A stretch of 64,000 nucleotides of DNA from Callorhinchus milii (Eukaryota): positions 310,001 to 374,000 of the forward strand of contig NW_024704743.1 in assembly GCF_018977255.1 (NCBI RefSeq), read 5' to 3'. Position numbers and translations under genes: made by a program. Position 1 is the stretch's first letter, and each line of letters opens with the position of its first letter. The notes beneath the pieces are model-generated. The model saw only the letters and a program-made list of their open reading frames with translations, was not told the DNA's origin and searched no databases. This document shows, one piece after another, positions 1-12,769 of this stretch.

Positions 1-982
1 GGCTAACCAAAATAAAAAATGCAACTAGTCTTCCCCAAGCACTGCTTTTCCCCCACCTCGCCAACCATGTATTGTGTGCCAATAATTGCAAGCTAGTTTG
101 TATTGTGGCATTTCTCTCCCCCTCCCCCCATTCCCAATTAGGAGCTGTGCTGACTGCCTAAACAGCATTACACAGACACTGGAACAGAGAAAAGACTTTC
201 ATTCATCACAGCTGTGAATGTTGAAAAAAGAATCCCTGTTTGATATCGCATCTACAACACTGATGGGTCTCAAAGCACTTCACAATAATTACTACTAAGT
301 AGATTCTATGTGTTTGTAGTCAAACAAAGCAACACATTTGCATACAAGATCCCACAAACAGCCATAAGGTGAATGACTAATTTTATCAGGATTTTTGGCC
401 AAGACCCCAAACTCCTTTCTCTTTTTAAATCCTCCACAATATCTTTAACCCTGTCCTTGGCTGAAATGGAGCAAAAAAAAACTGAATCCTGATCAGGTAG
501 ATGCAACCTCAGTTTAACGTAACATCTCATTCGAAGGATGGCACTTCTGACAGAGCAGCATCCCAGTACTACAGTAATCAGCATAGCCTGGACTGCGAAA
601 CCCAAATTCCAACTTGTGGCTGACATTTTAGTCCAGAACTGGGTGATGCTGCATCGCTAGACATGCCATCCCTTGAGTAAGACTTTAAACTTACCTGACA
701 GCTCTCAGGGTAGGAGAGTTAATCTCCTGTGTCTCACCTTCCTCTAAGACTGAATTATTAAAAAGTTGGCTTAATAATAATAATCCTTGCATTTGATATA
801 GCACCTTATCCCGTTGTTGAGAGGTCTCAAAGCGCTTCACAGAATATACCGTACAGTGAATTGTTTAAGGTTTTGCCTTGGATCCTCTCGCTTGCAAGGC
901 GAGTGCTCTATCCACTAATTTACAGGACTCCTGTAGAGGAAAGGCCATAGGACTGAGCCAGGCCAGAGCCAGGTGTGCTTAC

Positions 983-1124
983 CTGTGAATCTGTCCGTTC
1001 TTGTGAAGATAGTCCAGCCCCTCCAGCACCTCCTTCATAATGGTTGCAATGACGGCCTCCTCCAGAACCCCAGTCTTGTGGTCTCCTCTGGCCACCACGT
1101 GTTTAATAATATCTAACACAGAAC
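983..1124 (-). CDS. OXSR1: OXSR1 exon 4, second copy
   Basis: Identical by eye to 33846-33987. Confidence 0.9.
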
Positions 1125-1349
1125 CTGCAAAGCACAAACACAAAGCAAGGATCACTAGGTTTCTATCAAAAAATTATATGACCCCTTTACCTTAAAAAGG
1201 AGTCAGCTACAGGGGTATTGGAAAGGCCAGGTAAATGGTACCTCTTCACGTCCACTGCCCTGTATCGGCAGCTGGGCTTTCTGGTATTCCATCCCAGAGT
1301 CTCTTTGCCTAGCCCCTGCCCTCACCTCTTTCAAGGTCTGTCTCAATAC

Positions 1350-1745
1350 CTTTCCCTTTGAACCAACTTCGGAGGCTATCTGGCCCATGCAGTTTCTTTG
1401 AAAGAGCTACCAATTAGTCCCCGCTCTTACCCCATAGCCGTGCAAATTTTTCCTTTTCAAGTAACTAACTAATTCCCTTTTGAAATCTACAATCGAATCT
1501 GCTTCCATCACCATTTCCAAATTGTAGCAACTCTGTTTAAAAAAAATTCTCCTCATCGCTTCTCTGGTTCTTTTGCCAATTATCTTAAATCTATGTCCCT
1601 TGGTTACCGATCTACTCCCCATAGGAAACAGTTTCTCTTTATTTACTCTATCGAAACCCCCACATAATTTTGAACACCTCTGTTAAATCTCCCCTTAACT
1701 ATCTCTGCTCTAACAATCCCAGCCTCTCTAGTCTCTCCACATACT
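1350..1745 (-). mobile_element. CR1-type LINE 3' fragment (copy B ~34215-34610)
   Basis: Translates TKGHRFKIIGKRTREAMRRIFF...SIVDFKREL, typical of the CR1 ORF2 C-terminus. Confidence 0.7.
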
Positions 1746-1966
1746 CTTAACTTCCCAAGTATCTTTTACCTTTTAAAACAACGCATCCAATTTGAGTTCA
1801 AAGAGTTTATAAATAGCTTCTCATCACTTTGTGCTGCATGCGGTCGAGAGAAACGAGTGAAGTACAACTGTAATGAGTTGCCTGGCCAAGTTGGCAGAAC
1901 CAAAGGAATGTGATCTATTAAAGGCCAGAGCTTTCTGAAGCATCTCAAGATCCTGAACAGACTCAC

Positions 1967-2075
1967 CGCCACTGAGCAGCTTCATCACCAGCCACAGCTC
2001 GTCTTTCACCACAAATGAGGTATAGTAGGAAACTATGTTCCTGTGATGGCACTGGCTCATAGCTTGGATTTCTTT
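1967..2075 (-). CDS. OXSR1: OXSR1 exon 3, second copy
   Basis: Identical by eye to 34830-34938. Confidence 0.9.
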
Positions 2076-5000
2076 CTGTTGAGAAAAGAGCAAGGACGAC
2101 AATCCATTAGATGTTTACATACCACCTCAGTTCCTGTCAGTGTTCCTTAAGTGATCACATCTTTTTTCTTTTGAGGGAGAAAAGCCAGAAAAAGCCAAAC
2201 AACTAACAACTGGTTTCCACTTACTGCTAAATAGGCATGTGTGGAGTAATGAAATTTACCTAAGGTTTCACCCTGCCCAGAATTGAACCTGGGTTCGCTC
2301 ACTTGCAAGGCGAGTGCTCTAACCACTGAGCTACAGGACTTCACACTCTAGACTAGAGTGTCGCTCTAGTCTGTGAGGCGAACACCCAAAATGACAGCTT
2401 TCATCCCCAGAGACGAAAGTGCTACCTGCTGAGCCAAGCAGGTGAGTCAGCCCATCAGTCCTCGGATACCGCTCTCGGGCAGATAGTTACCCAGTTGTCC
2501 AAGTAAACTGAGGATCCTGGTAAATTCTATCAAGGTTCTGACAGACTGCAGCACTGTGGCTCCCATTATTCAGGCCAGTTAGTGCAACATAAAAATCCTT
2601 GGCAGAAATCCTGCCAGAGCAGATTGGCACGTGAGGTGAGAGACATCTGCCTGACCTGGTTCAGTGAAACGATTGCTAATTAAATGACAGGCCTGTGACT
2701 CCCAAACTCGTCGCTTCCAACAAGGGATTGCACATGAGATAGTTGGATCTGTTTCGTGTTTAAAGGGTTTGCTCTTGTGCTCCCTCCAACTGCCCCCTCT
2801 CTCTCCCTCCCGTCGCTGTGTTCAAGGTTCACTTCATAACCTATCTCTTCGAATGTGTTTTTGGTCATCTTCTCACCCATTTTTGGCTCCGAGCCCAGTG
2901 CCCACCCATGTTAACCGCTTTGGGACATCCTCCCAAAATGAAAGGCACTATATAAAGTAAATTTCTATTGTACTCTCTTCCAATGGAACATTTTTTTTCT
3001 ATTCAAATTAAATCTGCATATAATTTACAAAGATCCGAACCAGATTTCATCACAAGAGGTTGGGATGAAGAACCTTATATGGTTTGGATCTGGTGAGCAA
3101 CAAATCAACCCTGTCTCTGTCAGCTTGCCCCTCTTCCCCACCTTCCCCTAGATTTTACTGTTCATGACAAGTGACTTTACGACCCTATGAGGCGAGTACA
3201 TTCCTCAGCCTTGGAGAAAAGAACAGCTACAGCCTCGATGTGCCAAGTACATTTGGGGGCAGAGTAAAATAAGGCAGATTCCAGCAAAATCACACTGTGG
3301 ACACACCACATCGCTGCTCAGAGAAACAGCGCACTTGGGATATATAATATAGTAATCATCCTTGCATTTGAAATAGCACTAATCACGTCTTCGAGACGTC
3401 TCACAGAATATACCGCAGTGAATTGACTGTATATTTTGTGGGATCTCCTCTCTGAATCGCTGGGGGCTTTAATGATTGATGGAGCCTCCCCTGAATCATT
3501 TACATCCTACACACTCTTTAATTACAGGAGATGAATGTGGAAAGCTCAGCAGGAATCTGCGAATGACAGGCCAAACTGGCTCATAGGAGAGACGAGGATG
3601 AGCAGCCTGGTCACTCGGGACATGGATGCTTCCTGCTGAGCTCCCATTAATCCTGCAAGCAAAGCGAGCCGAACAAGCAGTGGGATGTTTGCCAGAATGT
3701 GCTCTTCATGGCAAACTATGAGGTTTCCGCTGATTAAATTCCAGTAGCTACCGCAATGACTCCTATCACTTTCTAGGGGCAATAATCCCTCAAAAAAAAT
3801 GATTTGGTCACTCAATCCACGACTGTTTGTGGGACGCTGCTGTGCGTAATTGGCTGTTGCATTTCACCCACAAAATATATAGTCTATTTACTTTACAGTA
3901 TTCTGTGAAAGGCTTTCAGACGTCTCGGCAATGTGATGAGGCGCTATATCAAAAAGATTATTATTATTATTATTATTATTGTCAACCTGTGCTTAATACA
4001 GTACTTTCTGGATTTAGGTAAGCAGGATGTGTCCCTTCAGGGCGAGAGAGTGCACTCCATTTCAGACACAGGGAAATTTCCTTGTGTGGATACATGCGCC
4101 CACTCCATCACACAGAAAGAGACACAACAGGAGAGAGCGAACTAGCGGTATCGAGGATTCAATCACAAAGAGCAGGCCTCTTCATTGGTCAATTAGAATA
4201 CAGTGGTGATTGCGAGGCTGAAAATAACCATTGAGCTATAGTGGTTAGAGCACTCGCATCGCAAGCGCGAGGCGCGGGTTTGATTCCCCGTAGAGCGAAA
4301 CATTAGGCAGAGCATTTTTCCAGGAGTAATAATCCCGTAAAACATTTTTAAAAATATATTAATAAGAATTTGGTTACTCGATCCACGACAGAGAAGGCAT
4401 CAAAAACAAATTGTGGTCAGCAACCCCAGATCACCCTATGTGAGCATTCACAAGCCTGTGACCGGGAAGCTTCTTGGATGAAAAGAGGTAAATCAAGAGG
4501 AACCTTCCCCCAAGTGGCTAATCTTTCACGCACGAGTCCAGGCACTAGTGGTGACAGGTTACTCAGCCGTGAAGACTGTTACAGCTGATCCCCATCCTAC
4601 CCGAACCAGCTGCCACAACCTTAAACTTTCTTTGGGCGGTATTATCATTATAATAATGATAATCCTTGCACCTGGTTACAGTGCTTTATCACGTCATTGA
4701 GACGTCTCAAAGCACTTTGCAGAATATACTGTAAAGTGTAGTGACTGTGTAATTCATAGGAAAAATCCCTTTATGCCCTGGCACCTCCCTACCTCTCCGA
4801 CCTACTTACTCCCCAATCCATAATGCTGCCTCTGCTCGACTGGCTCCGGCCTCCTGCATGTCCCTCGGGCCCTCCATTCCACCATTGGTGGCCGCACTTT
4901 CAGCCACTATGCAACCCCCACAAAAAAACTTTACTACACTCTGCCTCTATCCCTCCGCCTTGCCCCTTCCTGCCTCATCTTCAAATCGCATCTGAAGAAC

Positions 5001-5614
5001 TTCCTCTTCGACCGTGCCAACGGTCACCTCCACCAACCCCCAGCTCGGCCTCGGGCTCAGGCACTGTTGAGCGTTCTGGGACGCTAAACTACGTGGGTGG
5101 GGGCAAGTTGTTGTTATTCCTGTGTGGGGCTCAGATCCACATCAATGTCTCACATCAATGCAGGAAATGGTCAGTGTTTCAAGAATTGAGTCCAACTTGA
5201 CACACTGCATTCACGAACGAGAGCTTGAATAGAGGTCAGTCAGTCCAGGTGGGCATTAAAGAACACCTGGCACTATCCAAAAAGAGAAGGGAGTTTCCTC
5301 CATTGTCCGGGCCGGCAATCTTCCTTGGCTGCTTGTGGGACTTATCTGTATGCAAAATGACTTGTGTCAACACACTACAGCAGTAACTACCCACAAAACA
5401 ATTGGGAGTCGTTTTGGCGAGACATGTTGCTATAAAACCTCAACTTCTTTCTGTTCGTTACCCCGCTCAATTTAGCAGCGTTTTTAAACGGGCTGATCTA
5501 AGGGCCTGCTCCCAGTCAGAACCACTGCTGCTTCAAGACACAGATCATGTTTACAACAATCAAATACCGCAACGAGCGCAACCGCTGATCAATATTTCCT
5601 GAAATGAATAAAAA

Positions 5615-6108
5615 TAATCTCTGCATTTGATATAGCGCCCTTATCACGTCTTCGAGATGTCTCAAAGCACTTCATAGGATATCCTGTAAAGTGAATTGAC
5701 TGTATGTAACAACAAAATTACATTTGTATAGCGCCTTTCACGTCAGGAGGACGTCTCAAGACGCTGGACATTTTGCGGGCGAAATGTGGCGGCCGATTAT
5801 GCACAGCAGTGTCCCACAAGTCGTGGATTGAGTGACCAAATTATTATTTTTTTTTGTAGGGGGAAGGAATTGTTACCCCGGAAAACCCCAACTAACAACC
5901 GGGTTCCGACTTACTGCTAGGTAAACCGAGGCATGTGGAGTAAAGACCCAGCTCGGGTCTGAAATGCTGTACTCTGTCCAGCGCCTTGGGACGTCCTCCC
6001 GACGTGAAAGGCGCTATACAAATGTAATCTTGTTGTTGCCTTAGGCTTCTCCCTGCCCGGGAATCGAACCCTTGCTTGCGAGGCAAATGCTCTAATTAAT
6101 GGGACTCC
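5615..6108 (-). mobile_element. SINE carrying two nested short L2 3'-tail insertions in opposite orientations
   Basis: SINE body is interrupted at ~5706-5770 and ~5945-6038 by GGGACGTCCTCC(C/T)GACGTGAAAGGCGCTATA-(TTG)n tails. Confidence 0.7.
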
Positions 6109-7588
6109 ATGGTGGTATGATGCACTTAAGGCAATGTGACCCTGCATGAATTAACAACCAATTAGCTTCACATTTTATAGCTCCTTGTCACTTTAATACC
6201 CCTCACTGCTTCACAGAAATTGTGGAGAAGCTGCTGTTTAATGTAACGCGTCTTGAGCTCTGCAAGGTCTCACAAGGTGAACGAGCGATTTATCTGAAGG
6301 TTTAACGGCCAAGGCAGGAGAAACTCCTTTTTCTTTTCCAGCAGTGTCACAAGATCTTTAACGTCCACCTCAACAGACAGATGGTTTTACGCCTCATCCA
6401 AAGGATGGCACATCAGACAACGTAAACTGGTTGGAGATGTAGGGAGGTGCCTGGGCACGAAGGGATTTGAAGAGGAGTGTGAGGATCTTGTAATCGATCC
6501 ATTCGGCGATAGGGAGAAGAGCTGAAGGGAGTATCTTTCCACCTCACATTAGATGGGAGTCTGTTTAAAGATGAGAGCCAGCTGCTGACAAGCCTACTAT
6601 TAGAGGCCTAGCATCACGCCGTTCACTGGCTCTTCATTAACCAGCACTGACACACACATCATTAACTGGCTGCCAGTGGGTGAAAGCATGCAATTCAGAA
6701 CCTGACACTTAGGAGTGACCACAGCCTAGTGGGATTTTCACATGATCCCTCAGGCTTTAATGGCAAAACGTCACCCACAGAATCAGACATTACAGAATAG
6801 GCCATGCAGCCCAACGAGCCCACAAATATTGCGGAGCATTTAGAGAATCAAGCATCCACTCGTGCAAGCTCCCTCACTGGAGCCACCCACTGCAATTCAA
6901 AGTTATTTCTCCATACTGTTTCCCTTCAACTGGCAAACAACTTCAGTTTTAAATAATAATAATCCTTGCATTTGATGCAGCACCTTATCACGACTCTGAG
7001 ACATCTCAAAGCACCTCATAGATTATATCACAAAATGAATTGACTCTATATTTGTGGGCGAAATGCAACAGCTAATTGCATACAGCAGTTTCCCTCAAAC
7101 AGTCGTGGATTAAGTGACCAAATCATTTTTCTTTTTTTTTGGAGGGGGAAGGAATTGTTACCCCAGAAAAGCGGTCAGCCAATCAACCAACAACTGGGTT
7201 CCAACTTACTGCAAGGTAAACAGAGGCGTGTGAAGTAAGCATACATACCTAACGTTAAATGTGGGATCTTAGCTTCCAGAACTACTTCTGACAAAGCATT
7301 TCATATTCCTTAACCATTTGCATAAAAAGAAATTCTAATCTCCCTCTCACTGGGTTCTCATAAACGAGTTTTCAGTCTTACAGCCTCTTGTTTCTGATTT
7401 ACAGCTGGAATAACAGGATCTAACTAGAGGTTAGTTAGCCGGCGCAACATTAAACAAATGTGATAATTCCTTAAGAAATAAATGATTTTATCCTAAATCT
7501 ATCGAAAAGTTGTGATGGCCTAGACACGAAGGGTGCTATATAAATGCACGTTGTTGTTTTATGCAGCGAACGTGTAGATTTCCTTTAC

Positions 7589-7701
7589 CAGGAGCTCGTC
7601 CATGCTGGTCTGACATTTCTCCAGGTTGATGCGTTTGATGGCGACCCGCTCTTTCTTTGGTATGCAGTAGGCGGCCTGAACCACAGCAGTAGCTCCACTC
7701 C
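7589..7701 (-). CDS. OXSR1: OXSR1 exon 2, second copy in the duplicated segment
   Basis: Identical by eye to 40371-40483, with intact AG/GT sites. Confidence 0.9.
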
Positions 7702-9382
7702 CTGCAACAAAAATACACACAGTCAACCAAAGCCAATTGTTTGGAGAAGCCCCACACGGCCCTGGAGGTCATAGACTGAGGTGCAGACTTCACCGCACAG
7801 TCCAGGCCAATGCTCCAATGCAGTGCCACAGGAGTGCTGCATTGTCGGAGTTGCCGCCCTTTGAGTGAGAAATTAAACTGAAGTCCCGTCTGCCCGTTCT
7901 TCAGCTGCATGATGAAAATAATGATAATAATAATCCTTGCATTTGAGACGCCTGAAAGAGCTGCATAGAATATATTGTAAAGTGGATTGACTGTATCTCG
8001 TGGGCAAAACGCTGCAACCAATTGCATATAGCAGTGTCCTACAGACAGTTGTGGATTGAGTGACCAAATTTTTTTTTTTGGGGGGAAGGGATTATTACCC
8101 TCAGAAAACGATCCGACACTCGACTAACACTCGGGTTCCTACTTACTCCTAGGTTAGCAGGAGGCATGTGGAGTAATCAAAGTTGCTTAAGCTTTCGCCC
8201 TGCCCGGGAATCGCGAGGCAAGTGCTCTATCCACTACGCTACGGGACTACATTCCCAAATCCCATGAGAGCATTGAAAAAGACTTTCTCCCATGTCCTGA
8301 CCAACAATACTAAACACACAGTCATTAGACTTTACAGTAAATCCTGCAACGATTTGAGATCTCCTCACCGACAAATCCATGCTCTCCCTGGCACCTCCTT
8401 ATCTCCCTGATCTCCAACGTGAAAGGCTCTATATCAAATATAAGGATCATAATAATTCTCCAGATAAAATGGCCCATCACTTAATGGCCAATTGTGGGAT
8501 CTTGCTTTGAACAATATGGCTGCAGTCTGCCTGGCAGATAGTGTGACTAGTTGCCGGGCACCGGCTGGTGAGTGGAGATTTGCAGGAGTCACGGCCATCA
8601 GTGGGTTCAGGCTCATAGATGCCATTTCAAAATCTCCCGTCTGAACCAACAGCCGTGACGCCAGTTTCGAATGAATGGAATCAGGTTCAGTATAGCCTTT
8701 ATTATTATCTCCTCCCTTCCTCTCTCTTTTCCCCGCGAGCCGCTGCGTTATCCTCCAGGTTGTGCAACCTGGTAAATAACACAACGAGCATCCTGCCCTC
8801 TCCCCCACCCTCTGCGGTGTCTCCTCTAGCACCCACAGTCTGCGTGCCTGTGCGCTGATTATGCCCCACTTAACCGCTTTGCAGTCGAAGAGGAGGGCCT
8901 TGAGATGCGCCGTGAAGGGGGCAAAGGGGACGAGGCTAAGGGAATGTGGGGTGGAGTTCCAAAGGCTGAAAGCTCGACGGCCAATGGTGGGGCAGGCCGG
9001 CGCTTTACATAATAATCATTATATAATATATAATTGATATAATATAAGTCTCTGTTTACCCAGCCTGAAGTAGGAACCCGGTTGTCAGCCAATAAGGCGC
9101 TATGTCAAATGCAAGAACTAGTATTATATAACAATCCTGAGCTCTTTTAGTTTTGAAAATTTACAGCTCAAAGGAGACTTTACGAAGGTACTGTATATAT
9201 ATTTTAAATGGAATTTAAAATGGAATTTAAAATACAATTCTTAACAAAGAGGGTAATTAACAATTTTCAACGGCAAGCTATGCAGGTTTAGCTGGTTAGC
9301 CTCCAGCAGTTACCCTCTGGGGTTTCCATGCCTTGGCTCTTGCCAACCCGCGCCAAATACTCTCTGGAATTAGGTAAGCAGG

Positions 9383-9414
<32 letters not shown>

Positions 9415-12400
9415 CAACCATCTATCTCTGGGATCTCCATGTGTAGGTGGGATGTATGGAATTCTCAGCTTGGTTTGGATACTCTTAGCATGGCTGATGT
9501 TTCTGCATGCGTTAAGACACCCAGCTGACCAAAAAAAAGACTGGAACGAGTTCGAAAAAGAGTGCTTGATGGCAGGACGTTTTTAAAAAAAAGCTTGATG
9601 AGGGGACACGAGGGTGAGATTAAATGAGTTGAGGGGAGTCCCCTTCATTCAAACCGCTCTTGAAATTGAATGGAGGATTACTGGCCAGGACTTTGGGACA
9701 AATTCTTTTCAAATAGTGCCCGAAGTTCGCTAACCCAAACAGGTAGAAAAGTCCACCCAGTGGACAATATCTCAAGTACTACTGCATTGAACTGTGAGCT
9801 CAGAGTCCTGTTGTGAAACCATAACTTTGATCCAGAGGTGAGAGTGCTATCAACTGAGCCAAGCTAAAGCATTTTGAGATGTTAGCCACGCTAAGGCGCT
9901 ATATAAAAAAATATAAGCTCTTCCTTTACAAGTGCAAGTAGTTATTCCAGTGTCAGCTTTCAGAGGCAAACACTGGAGCTCTCGGGACTGTGCTGAAGTC
10001 ACCCATTCTAATGATGGTACATCCAGGTTTTTCCGTGGTCAATTATTTACTGGCAGATGAAAGGATCAATCTCAACAGCTAAGTGATCTAAAGTATTCGT
10101 TCACCTCACCACAGATATCGGCCACACAGGATCAAGAGGCCATTCAGCCCATTAAGCTTGTTCTGTAAATTTAGCACTCCGAGCGAAAGATTATAGCAGA
10201 ACACGTGGCTGCTTTTGCTCTTGTACTTAAGACTTTAAAACCCATTAAAAACCTTCTCAGAAAACGTGGGGACTATTTATAGGAATAATATAGCAAAGCA
10301 AAAACGACAATTTATAATAATTCTCGCATTTGTCATTGTGCCTTTCACAACAGGAGGACGTCTCAAAGCGCTTCACAGAATTTACTATAAAGTGTAGTGA
10401 CTGTGCAGCTCGTGGGCAAATGCAGCAATCTCCCACAAAAAGCCATGAAGTGAATGACCGATTTTATTTGGAGAATCGTTGGCCAGGAGAAACTCCCATC
10501 CGTTTTCAAATAGCGGCATGGGATCTTCAAAGGTCAATGTCTCTTTCAAAGCACCGCACCTCCAGTAAAGAAGCAGTGCCCAACACCATTCTGGTACGTC
10601 TTTCCAGACTGCGTCCCAGGTCTCAATGTGGGGCTTCAACCCACAACATTCTGACTCAGAGGTGAGAGTGACTGCATTTATGTAGCGTCCTTCACATAAA
10701 ATACAGTCTTAATAATAATAATCCTTGCATTTGATATAGCCCTTTATCACGTTGTTGAGATGTCTCAAAGCGCTTCACAGGAGATACTGTCCAAGTGGGG
10801 TGACTGTGTATTTTGTGGGCAAAGCGCGTAAGGCAAAGCACTGTGCTTTACAGCGGTGAGAATGGATTGCGAGCAGTGGGAGAAGCGACCCTAGGCGCGG
10901 TCGAAGCGGTCATTTTTAAAGTACGACCTGAAGAGTAATCAAAGCTGCTTGTGGGGTGAGGAGGAGGATCCACAAACAGCCTTGAAGTAAATGACAATTT
11001 TAGCCTGAGTACTATTGGTCCTGACACCGGGAGAAGCCACTCTTTCCAAATGGCATGACGGGATCGTTGACGTTTATCTGAACAGGCAGACGGGCCTTCG
11101 GTTTATCCGGAGCGCAGGAGCAGCACTGACAATGCAGCTATCTGTAGATTAGCCGCTGCGTTCATCTACACAACGGTGCTGTGAGCCCGCCCTTCAGGGG
11201 AACTCGTCGTCTGAGGCGGTTTTGATGCAACAAGAAGCTGTACGAAACGGCAAGTTAAAACAAAAGCGACCTCTCAGCATGCAGGAATGCAAACCGGGAG
11301 ATTATAAAAAAACGGGAATCAGTTGTCAGTTCCCAATGAGATGCAGCAGAAGTAAAGGCACGAGTCAAAGCCGTGCTAACACTGCCATCGCTGAAGCCAG
11401 GAAGAGCCTTCTCAATGGTAGAGGCTGATAGACGCCAAATTCAGGTCCTTTTTTTCCCCCCCACACTGGAAAGAAGGATGACAACAATAATAATCCTTGC
11501 ATTTGATATTGCGCCTTATGACGACATTGAGACATCTCAAACTCTTCACAGAATATGCTGTATCCTGCCGTTGAGTCGTCTCAAATGCTTCACAGAATAT
11601 ATCACACCGTGAATTGACTGTGTATTTCGTGGGCGAAACGCGGCAGCCAATTGCGCACAGCAGAGTACAAACAGTCATGGATTGAGTGACCAGATTATTA
11701 TTATTATTTGGGGGCAAGTGATTGTTATCCCGGGAAAAGCAATCTGTCAATCAACTAACAACAACAACAAGACATTTACACAGCGCCTTTCACATCAGGA
11801 GGACGTCCCAAGGCGCTGGACAGACAGAGTTACAGACCCGATCTGTTGGAGGGTGGAAGGCAGGGGAGAAGCAGGGATAACGATCCTGGCCAACGATTTT
11901 TAAGGGATCATTGCCCCCAGAAAATCGATCCGCCAATCGTCTAACAACCGGGTTCCTATTTCCTGCTTAATAAACAGAGGTATGTGGAGTGAGGTGACTT
12001 GCCTAAGGTTCCCAGGAATGCATGCGAGGTGAGCGCTCTAACCAATGCTCAACAGGACTCCACAATAAGGTTATTTCACTGCACATGAGAAGCAACGCAG
12101 GTTTCCAAGGTTATTCTTGTGATAGAATTTTTACTCGTTGTCGAGCTAGCAACGAGGGCGTAAACTTAAGACTGTCACAAAAAGAAATTACAGGGGAGGT
12201 TAGGAAACATTTCTTTTCCACGGAGGGCGGTGGGAATGTGGGATTCTCTGCCACAAACCATTGCTGAGGTAAATAATCTTTTTAAAGGTGGATTAGACAG
12301 TATGTTTGAAAATCTGAAGGATTTGGGGAGCGAACAAGGCAGTGTGATTAAACTAGACGAGATCTAGATAGCATTCACCCACAAAAGACACAGTCACTAC

Positions 12401-12446
12401 AACTTTACAGTATATAGAAACAGGAGTAGGCCATTCAGCCCCTCAA

Positions 12447-12769
12447 ATAATAATAATCCTTGCATTTGATATAGCGCTTTTCACGTCAGGAGGACGTCCC
12501 AAAGCGCTTCACAGAACACACTGTAAAGTGAATTGACTGTATGTTTGTGGGCGAACGCGGCTGCCAATTGCGCACAGCAATGTCCCACAAACAGTCGTAG
12601 ATTGAAAATGACCAATTTATTATTGTTTTCGGTTTTTTGGAGGGATTATTATTAGGCTCTGTGTGGAGTAAGGAAACTTGCCCAAGGTTTCGCCCTCTGC
12701 CTGGAATTGAACTCAGGTCTCTCACTTGCAAAGCGAGTGCTCTAACCACTGAGCTACAGGACTCCACAA
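12447..12769 (-). mobile_element. tRNA-derived SINE present only in copy A
   Basis: The 323 bp are absent at the equivalent site 45240/45241; flanked by CAA on both sides. Confidence 0.9.

Noticed and set aside
2343..2361. 19-bp palindrome ACACTCTAG-A-CTAGAGTGT
   Set aside because: Short, at a SINE junction, and plausibly a chance or repair product.
983..7701. Separate paralogous kinase gene (e.g. STK39) in the left copy
   Set aside because: Introns and TEs are near-identical to the right copy and it lacks its own exon 1; this is the same locus duplicated.
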